Origin: Mesotaenium endlicherianum
Taxonomy: Eukaryota
Length of the DNA: 64,000 bases
Reading direction: 5' to 3'
NCBI GenBank assembly: GCA_009602735.1
Contig: WELA01002258.1
Span: 140,746 to 204,745 of the forward strand
Below the pieces are notes generated by a model. It was not told where the DNA came from and did no database searches. It worked only from the letters and a program-made list of their open reading frames with translations. Below are positions 1-10,480 of this stretch, piece after piece. Position 1 is the stretch's first letter; the number at the start of each line of letters is the position of its first letter. A program made the translations under genes and the position numbers.

Positions 1-232
1 CACTAAATCACTTTTTGCCAATCACATAAAACATAGAGAGCTTAATAAATGCTAGATTACAATGATCTACATATTAAAAAGAGAATGAAAGATATTCGCC
101 ATCATACATTCTCAACCCGATTGCAAACTTGCATTATGTACAAAAAAACTACTAGAACACACAAAAGATACATTAAAAAAAACTGTCCACATCCCCATCA
201 CACACTCTCCCTCTCCCATCCTGCCCCCTCTA

Positions 233-285
<53 letters not shown>

Positions 286-354
286 ATATCTTCTCTCTCT
301 CTCTATCTATCTTCTCTCTCTCTCTCTCTCTATATATATATAGATATATATATA

Positions 355-406
<52 letters not shown>

Positions 407-450
407 CCCCAAGAGAGGAGGGGGGGGAGGAGGGGGGGGGAGGGAAAGTG
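1..450 (+). repeat. Dispersed repeat ending in a (CT)n/(AT)n microsatellite
   Basis: (CT)n tracts at about 226-402. The preceding ~220 bp (atcactttttgccaatca; cattctcaac..gattgcaaact.gcattat) recur inverted at about 16715-16935 next to a (GA)n tract. Confidence 0.75.
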
Positions 451-878
451 AATGACGAGTATTTGATAACTATTTTTTATGTATTTCTTGTGTGTTAATC
501 TTGTTTGATAAGCTCTACACCAGCCTTGGACCATCCTAGCAAAACTTGTGCCTTCGCACTATGGTGCGCGCGTTTGAAGCGTTCGACGTCACCTTCTCGC
601 TAGCATACGTTTTCTGCAGGCTATATGCGGCTTCTCAAGCTCTTACGCTCTCAGAGCTAGCTTGGATAAGAACACTAACTATAAATCTTGTAATGTTTGA
701 TCACACGTTTACTTCTGTTGACTAGCAAATCCTTGATGTACAATTGGAATTGGTATAGTTATAGCATTAATCTTTAAGAAGACGCTCGGAAGCTCTCATT
801 GTTGCAGGGTGGGCCGGGTTATTGAATGTGGGTTTCCATCAGTATGCATGAGTTTATGTATAATTTTAGTGGGTCGTG

Positions 879-1587
879 TGCGATGAATCAGTATATTGGT
901 AGATATAATATTCATTTAAATATAATTGCTAGTTAAATTCACCCAGGTGAACTTTAGTTAATAGTTAGTCTGCTGGAAATATTAACATTATCTGTCTAAT
1001 GACTCAGCCGGGAGAAGCAGGCTAAAGTCAACTTAGGTCAGCTTGCTGACACATTCTTTGATAGCCAGCTGACTTAAGTACTCGGTAGCAGCAAACCGCC
1101 TAGATATGCATCTAAGTGTGGTATGCTTGATGAATGGCCGAATGACATCCTTAGGATGGATGGCAATTCGGGACGATGGAAGATGGGGGTGGATTTGGTT
1201 AACCGAGGTCCTACCAACGTGGTTACCTCCCGGGTAGGCGGTGCCATCGCACTTGCCATTGAACAGTAAAATCATTCCATGTACATAGGCTAGGTATTGC
1301 TCTTGAGTTCGGCATTTGGAAACTCTCTTGGACAGCTTACTGAGAGGTATCTGAATCCAAGGCAAGAAGCCATTGATATGCACTGTCTTCTAGCCTTGCT
1401 TATGTATGAGTTTTCGATTGCATTATTGATGCTAGATTACTTGCATTTGACTTGCGAATATTGCCCACTGCTAGTGTGTTGTCTATTGCCGTTTAATCAA
1501 TTAACAGAAACTACCATAAAGATTACTCGCTAATATAAAGATTTTTATTAATTGCTAATCGCCTATTTGGTAAGTCAATTCATTTCA
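879..1587 (+). mobile_element. Solo LTR, family A
   Basis: TG(cg)ATGAATC...ATTCATTTCA termini; 5-bp TSD TCGTG at 874-878 and 1588-1592; homologous to the LTRs of A1 and A4. Confidence 0.93.
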
Positions 1588-1939
1588 TCGTGGCTGCTGC
1601 TGCTGCCAAGGCTTAAGCCAGGACCTCTACCTTTGGAAACTCACTTATTCGTGATTACTCTTTAGTCTCTTCTTTTATGTTCCGGAGCTTGCTTAGCTTC
1701 AAACGGTGTGATGTTGATTGTGCCTGATAAAAGACAACTCCATGCAACAACCACGGACTCTAGTGTTAGACAATGGACATGGAGGCTGGAGTGCGCAAAT
1801 TACAAGTTGCCATTGTATTGAAAATCTTACCCAAGCAATTTTAATTTCCCTTGCGTCCTTCTTTCATGCTCGGGCAGCACGCTTTCCTCATGATCAGTCG
1901 TGAGGTTCAAGGCGGCTGTCAAGACACCCTATTAGTCAA

Positions 1940-2087
1940 TCACTTGCATTTGACTTGTGAAAATTACTTGCGCCGGTTGTGTGGTATATTGCTCATAAGT
2001 TCACCAAAAAACACCATGAAATTTACTTCTTGTCATAAACATCCTTCATTAATTTTTGATCGCTTTTAAGTAAGTCAATTCATTTCA
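1940..2087 (+). mobile_element. Old 3' fragment of a family A LTR
   Basis: cttgcatttgacttg...gtaagtcaattcatttca matches the end of LTR A with many substitutions. Confidence 0.75.
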
Positions 2088-2320
2088 CCTTTCAGTCGAC
2101 CTCCACGAAATCGGCATAGACAAAAGCATCAGACTTAGACTATGAGTAGGTTGGTGATGCATGTAGTTTAATATATATCATTTTTAGTTTGACTATGTCT
2201 TAGGCAATTGACGAATCAATTTGACAATTTTGATTTGCCCAGATCCTAGCAATGTGGTTAATTCTCAAGTAGGCAATGCCACTGTGTTGCTGTCAAACAG
2301 TAAACAAATTTCATGTACAT

Positions 2321-2436
2321 AACTTTCAAGAAACCATCTCTCTTCCAAGAAGCTCCCACTTGTGTTCAAACCTCCTTCTTTTGAAAAACTTATGCATTCT
2401 ATTTTACTTAGTACTTTATTTATTTGTTAAATAACA
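2321..2436 (+). mobile_element. Degenerate fragment of a family B LTR
   Basis: aactttcaagaaaccatctctcttccaagaagc...cttagtactttat is the reverse complement of the first ~115 bp of the LTR at 39221. Confidence 0.75.
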
Positions 2437-2842
2437 CCAAACGCTCACATATAGCACACTTGTATGACCTTCTCAAAGTACTCCTTGCAAATGAAGGTAA
2501 TCTATGACTTTGCTTACCACTTGCAAAAATATTCAAGTGACTGGAAATCGACCAAGAAGACATCGGATTGCTTTGCATTGATAAGAGTGTGATCTACATG
2601 CATACGCTTGCTATAGTTTCTTATACTAATCACTTTAAATTAAGGGAGCTATGCAAAACGCAACTCATTGATTGATGTACCTATCCATATATATTCACCA
2701 ATCATGGAAATCTACATAAAACTGGTGGGTAAAACCATGTCTAACAAAAAGGAAAAGCTCATAGCTGATGACCTGTACATGTGAAAAGACTACTAGAAGT
2801 TCGGACTGGACGCTACTGGGCAGCTGTACAAATAATCACTCT

Positions 2843-3380
2843 TACATAAGCAAGGTTAGAAGACAGTGCGTATCAATGGCTTCTTGCCTTGGATTCAGAT
2901 CTCTCTCAGTAAGCTGTACAAGAGAGTTGGCCTCGTTTTTGAATGCCGAACTCGAGAGCAATGCCTAGCATATGTACATGGAATGAGTTTACTGTTCAAC
3001 GGCCAGTGCGATGGCACCGCCTACCCGAGAGTTAACCACGTTGGTAGGACCTCGGTTAACCAAATCCACCGCCATCTCCCATCATCCCGAATTGCCATCC
3101 ATCATAGGGATGTCATCTGGCCATTCATCTAGCCTATCACACTTAGATGCATATCGAGGCAGTTTGCTGCTACCGAGTACGGAAGTCAGCTGGCTGTCAA
3201 AGAATGTGTCAACAAGCTGACTTAAGTTGACTTCAGCCTGCTGCTTCCAGCTGAGTCATTAAACTGATATTATATATGAAATCCAGCAGACTGATCATTA
3301 ACTAAAGTTCAGCAGGTTAAACTTATTTAACTATTATATTTTAATTAATTTTATATCTAATAATATACTGATTCATTACA
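2843..3380 (-). repeat. 3' LTR of A1 (distal end missing)
   Basis: Ends ...GATTCATTACA at 3380, adjacent to the PPT (AAGTTGGAGGGGT on the minus strand). Homology stops near 2843. Confidence 0.88.
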
Positions 3381-3459
3381 ACCCCTCCAACTTCATTTGT
3401 TGTCGCCTCGACAACATTAAACTGCAGAAGTCTTAAATACTGACTGCCTCTTTAGCCTG

Positions 3460-5109
3460 TCACGTAGGGGGCCGTTCTGGGGCTCCAGGATCAGGAGACT
3501 GAGATCTGGACCTAGATCTGGACAGCCCTCTAGGTCTGTCAGTTGGCCTTTTAAAGAACCCCGTTTGCTCTACAGTTGGACCTCGAGGAGAACAAAGGAT
3601 GGTAGCCTGCTCTTCACCCACTTGGATGTTGATCCCCACATAGACAGGCATTCCAGTAGGATGCTGAAATACATTGGCAAGAGGTACATGTCCCTGAGCG
3701 AAGGGGGAGGCCGGCATACCTCTGACCCACCCGCGTGTCCCTCTTCTGGCACCCCTGTCCCCTGGGGATTTTTGTCTGTGTCTGCTGCCAAGTACAGCAG
3801 GTGGGCTGGGGGAGCGAATGCGGGGTCCAGTTGCCTCCATGACCGGGATCACGTTCCATATACCTGATCTAGGTTCCTTAGGAAGTGCCCCTGCCTGCTC
3901 CTGGGTCTCCTGAGTACCAGCTCCTGATGCTTCTCCTCTGCCTTGTTCTTCTTCCTCCTCCTCCTCATCCTCCTCCTTCAAAAGAGTTGCAGTCTCGTCC
4001 ACTAAGTCGTCCTGCTCCTTGGTAGACATGGAGTAGTCTACTGACCTCCCTTTCTTAGGGCGCGCTGGAGGTTGCTTGGCCTTTAGCCTGCTGATATCTA
4101 TTCGGCCTGCATTCTTCGCCCATTTGACGAAGGCATGCTTTCCCTTAGAGAAGCAGTCTCTCCCCCTCCTCCTGTGCTCTTTGGTCTCTGCATTCATATT
4201 GCTCAGGCAGCCATTCAGCCTGGGGTCCCAAGGGGCAATGTGAGGTGGTAGGATGAGGTAGCCGTCTAGGCCATAGTGGAAATCGTCTGGTTGGGCTCGG
4301 TCACACTCCTGCTTTTTGTTTGTGACGGTCATCCACCTCAAGTCTGTTGGCTGCTGGTAGTACTGGGGTCCATGCTCAGCCTTTCTCAGACATGGGAACC
4401 AGTGGGGAGACAACATCTGCTGTCCTGCTTCCTTGGCCAAGTACTCCCAGCTCCTTCTCTCAACTTCGTTGTAAGCTGGCAATAATGTGAGGTAAAATAC
4501 CGTATCCTTAAAGCTATCGGGCCGCATGCTCACCATCTTGATGAGTCTCTGATCTCCCACTATTCCCGGTATTGGGACTGGCTTGTTCTCTGAATCATCA
4601 GCAAGGTACCGAGCCTGCTCTGCTGTATAGCCCACCATCTTGGCATAATCCTCGTAGAGGACCACACCAGTGTGTGTCTCAATGTACCTATCCAGTGCTG
4701 CAGCTCCTTCCCTCTGTAGCAGTGTTGTCTGTTCTCGCTTGTTGATCTCCTGGGCTGCCAGCAATGCTTCCTTCAGGTTATCAAAGTTTTGGCCACCCAC
4801 CACAGTTTACCTGTAAGTGGCCAAGCTCTTCTGCCTGTCCGCTACAGCCTTTTTCCTTCTCTCCTCCTCTGCCGCTGCCGCTTCGTCTTGTTGTTTCTTC
4901 TGTCTCTCCTCCTCAGCCTTCCTGAGGTTTTTCGCTTCCTGATCTTTCTTCCTTTGTGCTTCTTCTGCCGCCTCTTGTTGTTTGCGGACCCTTTCTTGTT
5001 CTCTCTTGGTGAGGGACGTCGCCGCCAGCTCCTTGTAGTATTGCTCCATTGTCCTCCTGGCCTCTTCGGCCTTGCGCTTTCTGTCCTCCTTTTGTGTGGT
5101 GGGAGCCAT
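3460..5109 (-). pseudogene. ORF3 of A1: ~549-aa accessory protein of unknown function with one premature stop
   Basis: ORFs 4807-5133 and 3460-4803 are in one frame, split by TAA at 4807-4809 where the other copies have TAC (YRYTV). ATG at 5109. Charged coiled-coil-like N-terminus, conserved core, acidic tract, SP/RS-rich tail. Confidence 0.85.
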
Positions 5110-5499
5110 TCTGCACATACAACTAGGGCACAAGTTAGTAGGATATCGACCTTTGTCATAGGAGTTGTAGGAAGGGAGTAAGTTCGTATTAGTATGGTAT
5201 GTTCGTTCCTGTTTACCTCACAGGGTGATTGCTAGGAGTTGACGTAGTTGTGGTGCGCTAGACATAGACGTATGAATGTGTTTTCAGGTGTGTTATGTGA
5301 TGTATTGCTGTGCGAGGCCCCTGTTTCCTTCAGCCAAAGGTGCTTTATGTGGGTCAGGCTGTCCCCTCTGTCACTATGCTCACACTTAGGATTCACATAA
5401 CCGTCCCTTTCTCGCTCTCGCACACTAACTGTCATATACTTTCCCCTCCAACTTAAATGGAGACAGGACCTCCTGTCACCTGCCCTTGTCAACTGAAAT

Positions 5500-8400
5500 G
5501 TCTGTTAGGGAGGTGCTTCAGCCGCCCGAAGGTGGAATCGTTTCAACGCCCCTTTGGCATTAGTCAGATGGTCTTTAAATTCCCAAGTGTCCCCAGAGGC
5601 ATCGTAACCCTTCCATCGAATGAGGTACTTCATGACATATTTAGACGATCGACGAACCAAAGACGATCGACCCAGACAGGGCCAAGCTTTTTCTTGACCA
5701 CACCAGGGAGGTACAGGTGCTGAGAATGCAGTTTGACTATATCGCCCTTAGAAAATGTCAGCTCCCAACGGTGTTGATTGGCGTATTTTTGTTGGTTTTC
5801 TTGGGCTTTGTGCAGGGAATGTTGGACTTCTGACAGGGTGTCAGCAAACTCCTGAGTTAACTGGAGGGAAACGGGATTGTCAATCCCTTCAAAGTGAGTT
5901 AAAGACTCCCCTAGCACATCTAAAGGAGACTTAGGGACTCTACCCAGGCTGAGTTCAAAAGGAGTCTTGCCCGTTGATGCGTGCACCGCACTGTTGACCG
6001 CAAACTGAATTTGAGGCAACAAGTCATCCCAATTATCTTGTTTTTGGTTGATATATGCTCTCAGCACCTCTTGCAGAACTCGGTTAGTTCTTTCAGTCTA
6101 CCCATCATTCTGAGGGTGGTTAGCTGTGCTGAGCAGTTTTTTGACTCCCATTAACTCCATGTCATGATTTATTGAGTCGAGGTTGCCGCACGAACCCGAG
6201 CTACAAGCGTGTGAGCGATCAACCTCGAACGGGCACTTGCCTCTTTGCATTTGTGTGATTTAGTTTATTAAGTTGCTATGCTCGCATGCCTAGGGGATAG
6301 ATGCCACGTGACAAGTCAACACTTGTCACGTGCGCCAGACCTACTAGACGCACCAGAGGCACGGGTCGAATACCCGTCCAAAACTGGACGGTGGCACTTG
6401 ACTTGTTTTCATAGCCACTACAGGCCGCAGGGACCCAAGCGACAGCCCGAAGCAAAGGCGACAAGGGTCGAGGGGGGCCACGTGGAGCCACCGGAAGGTG
6501 GCGGGCTTCTGCGCTTGGCCCAGGCGCACCCGGCAGCCAGCCCGAGCACTTAATTGTGCTCGGCGCCAAGCGACGGGAGCCACCAAGGCCACGTGGCGCC
6601 ACCGGAAGGTGGCGGGCACCTTCAAGTGGCCCAGGGGCACTTAAATGCCCGTCACTCGGGCCCAGGCACTCTTAAGTGCCCGACACCCAAGTGGCGAGGC
6701 CACCAAGGGCACCCAGGGCCACCGACCGACAGCTGCAGCCCGTCGATTGGCCCATGCGCATTCGACCAAGATGTGCTCAGCCGACAGGAACCGTCACAGC
6801 CTGCAGGAGTACCACAGCTTAGCGGGAAACCGTCCGATTGCACAAACATAAGTGTGCAAGCTTGTCTTACAAGCTTAGCATGTGCTAAAGTGAGCTTGAC
6901 CTATCACAAGCATTTAGCATATTCTAGCATCTCGTTTTTGATTGGATTGAATAGTAACTAGCCTATTGGAGCGCTAGCACAATAGGTATATATGTGTGTA
7001 TGCAAAGGTAGATCTAAGATAAAGACTACATGCATTGCATCCGCGCCTAACCCGCCAGGTTTCCAGGAGTAAAAGTACTAGAGATGTCCCTAGAAGAGAC
7101 ATCTTTTAGAAGTCCATTATGCCAGGTGTAAGTAACAGAGATTATCAGTAAAGCTTACACTTTTATCTCTTGTGTTTTCAGGACCACTTAGTGACTCTCT
7201 TGTGAAGAGCAAGCCCTCCAGGCTTCCAGTCACTTGAAGAACTTCACAAGTGGTGAGCAAAGTCACAGCTTAAGCCCTTGCCATAGGACTACTCTGAAGA
7301 TCATGATGTGCTTCCAGTGATCTTTTGGGCCATACTTCATTAGTTGTTTTCCTACCAGATTACAGTCTTGAGGTGCTCACTCTGGATAGTACACTTCCCT
7401 TAATTATAACATTTGACGCTTGACTCCCTTTTATAAAGCCCCCTGTATTGTAAACTTCATTGCAGCAAAGCCTGCTTGCTTATTATGCATTGCTTGTGTC
7501 GATAGTACGCACCCGACCTCCAAGCGCACGACATCCATTAAAACTCTCCAGAACTTAGAGGTAAATTTTGAGTCTCTGTCTGAGATGATATTAGAAGGGA
7601 GCCCATGTTGGCATACTACATGGTTGTAGAACTGTCTCGCTGTTTCGAGTGCAGTTACTTTGACAGTTGTGGGGATAAAAATGACCATTTTTGTTAGTTT
7701 ATCCACGACTACCAGTATGGAATCATGCCCATTGGCGGTTCTTGGTAGTGTGACCACCCAGTCCATGGATATAGTTTCCCAGCGTCCAGCTGGGATGGGA
7801 AGTGGTTGCAAGAGACCTCTCGGTGGTGTGTGCCTAGACTTATTTCTTTGACACTGATCACGGGATTTCATATATTTCAAGACCTCCCGGGGCAACCCCT
7901 CCCAATGATAATGTTTTGCCAGTTTGCCAACAGTTTTGGCCTGCCCCAAATGCCCACCCAGTAAACTGTCACGCGCTTGACTCAGTAAGAGAGACCTTAT
8001 TTCCAAATAATTAGGAAGGACCAGCTTCAGCCTGCCTAAAGTGGTTTCAGTCACCCAGACCCCTCCCTTAAGCCGGTACCCGAGTGCAGTAGCACAACAC
8101 ACACCAGTAGTGGGGCTGGGCTCAAATGTTGGGTCCGAAAGGTAGGCTTTTCTAAGTTGTTCAAGGAAGGACTTTTTCACCTTTAGTGAAGTGAGTGTAC
8201 ACAAGACTTTATCTACAGCATGCTGACTAAAGTTCCTTTCTTGCAAGTCAAGTCTTCTAGAGAGTGCATCAGCAGGATTCAACTTCCCTGGTTTGTAGTC
8301 GATCTGGACTTGGAACTGCTCCAGCACCTGGCTCCAGCGGTTCTCCCTCCTCGACAGCTTGGACTTCTTCTGAAAGTGAGTCAGAGCTAGATGATCTGTA

Positions 8401-10480
8401 ATCACCTTGAAAACTTTACCATGTAAGTATGCTCTCCACTCTTTGAGCACATGAATGATAGCTAGTAGCTCTTTATCATGCACTGAGTAATTAATCTCAG
8501 CTGGATTAAATTTCATAGACTCGTACACCATTGGGTGCCACTCCCGCCGTACCTTACCATCCTTTGTGGTTTTGTCAGCAGGCTGCAACAAAATAGCACC
8601 CATGGCAAAGTCAGAGGCATCAGTGACCACCTGCACTGGTTTGCTGGGGTCATACACGGCTTGTACTGGGGCAGAACAAAGGGCATCTTTAAGGGTCTGG
8701 AAGGCAGCCTGCTGCTCTTCCCCCCACACATACTCGATGTCTTTCTTAGTAAGGTCAGTCAGTTTACTGGCCTTTGTGGAATAATTCTCAATAAATCTCC
8801 TATAGTAGTTAGCCAACCCGAGGAAGGATCTAACTTCAGAGACAGACTGTAGTACTGGCCAGTCCCTTATGGTCTGGACTTTCTTAAAATCCACACTGAT
8901 GCCTTCTTTACTGACAACGTGGGCTAAGAATTCAATACTTTCCTTAAAGAAATCACACTTGCTTATTATAGCATATAACTGATTTTTTCTCAAAATCTCC
9001 ATGACTGTCTTTAAGTGTTTAGCGTGTTGAGCTTCATCTCTAGAGAAAATTAAAATATCATCCAGGAAAACTTGCACAAATTTATCCAAATACGGCCTGA
9101 AAATGTCATTCGTAGCACCCATGATGGTCGCAGGAGCATTAGTCAGTCCAAATGGCATCACGTTGAACTCATAGTGTCCATAACGTGTGCGGAAGGCAGG
9201 CATGTGTTCATCCCCCTCAGCAATTCTAATTTGATGATAACCACTCTTGAGATCTATTTTACTTTAACACCCTAGCACCCGATAGGGTATCAAGCAAGTC
9301 CTTGATTCTTGGTAAAGCATACTTGTTCTTTACTGTAATCTTGTTCAGGGCTCTGTAATCCACACACATCCGCATACTGCCATCCTTTTTTTAAACAAAT
9401 AGGATGGGTGCGCCGTAAGGTGATTTACTGGGGGAAATATAACCATTTTCCTCAAGCTCTGCAATCTGTGTTTTCAACTCCTCGCTCTCCACATAAGACA
9501 AGCCGTAAGTGCGTTGCCATGGTGGCTAACTCCCAGGTAATAAATCAATCCTATGATCTACTTCCCTCTTAGGTGGTAGTCTCGGAGGCATATTAAAAAC
9601 TTCCGTGTACTGAGCAACAATCTTTGCAGCAGTAGGGTGCTCCGGAGGGCTTACCTTTTTCTCAACCACTTCTTCAGGTTGAGGAGGTACCTCTCTTAGC
9701 AGCAGACAGAACATTCTGTCTTCCTTCTGGTTCCAGCTTTTGACGAACTCCATTGCATTCAGCAACTTGCATCCTTCTGGAAGCCTCTTCTTTTCCTTCA
9801 TTTGCCATCCACACAGGACAAGAGGAAGAGCACTGGTGGGTGCCAAGTCAGTCTGCCCATCACTGGCTCCTCTCACTTTAACTGTACCTCTGCTCCAACA
9901 CACTTCAGCTTGATGTCTATTAAGCCAGGACCTGCCTAGCACGAGATCATAAAAGCCAGTGTTGAGTACCTCAAATGTAAGCGTTTCAGTTAGAACTGCA
10001 ATGCCAGAACCTAACTGGACCTCAATAGGCTTGGTTATAACTCCTCCCGGAATACTTGAGGCATCTCCAAGGAATATTTTTCTATTTGCTTGGGTGACAG
10101 TAGGCAGCCTTAGCCGCTTAACTAAGTCCTTATGGATAAAAGTATGTGACGCCCCTCCGTCAACAAATGCCCTCACCTTCCTACCTGCAATCATGCAATG
10201 CAGTAGGATAGGGGGGACTGTCTTTTCCTGACTTTCGCATTGTTCTCCTGACGTAGCGAAGAAATGTTGGACATCAGGTGGAACAAGAGCATCCAGAGTG
10301 TGCACTCTCTGGATGTCTATATTGCTGATGGTCTCCTTTATCTGGTTGTCAGGCATGCATAGTGAATCCAGTTCAGCAGGACCCATAATACCTGCTACGA
10401 GGGCAGCTAGTGACGACTCACTATCTCTAGCATCCTCACAGTCAATAGACTGGATTACTGACTGTTGCTGTCTTCTAAAG
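5500..10480 (-). pseudogene. pol: pol of A1 (PR, RT, RNase H, integrase, partial chromodomain), frameshifted and interrupted
   Basis: PR motif [45 protein letters not shown] and ISDRD; interrupted at 6160-7533; deletion near 5660. Confidence 0.92.
6160..7533. mobile_element. Putative solo LTR, family D (1374 bp), inserted in the A1 integrase
   Basis: TGTCATG...CACGACA termini; 4-bp TSD TCCA at 6156-6159 and 7534-7537; removing it restores the integrase sequence; no long ORF. Confidence 0.8.

Noticed and set aside
49..534. SLSLSL and ERERER ORFs (also 15986-16840)
   Set aside because: Translations of microsatellites and of the N gap.
2440..2842. Possible LINE or pol remnant
   Set aside because: No recognisable motif in any frame.
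2866..3220. Recurrent small ORFs (MRINGF.., MAPPTRE..) appearing many times in the ORF track
   Set aside because: They lie inside LTR A copies, mostly use GTG/TTG starts and have variable stops; their recurrence reflects the repeat, not coding.
3460..4803. ORF3 as an envelope glycoprotein
   Set aside because: No signal peptide or transmembrane helix and highly charged; only the position is env-like.
6276..6961. Overlapping GC-rich ORFs in family D
   Set aside because: Expected from high GC content; no domain motifs and no preferred frame.
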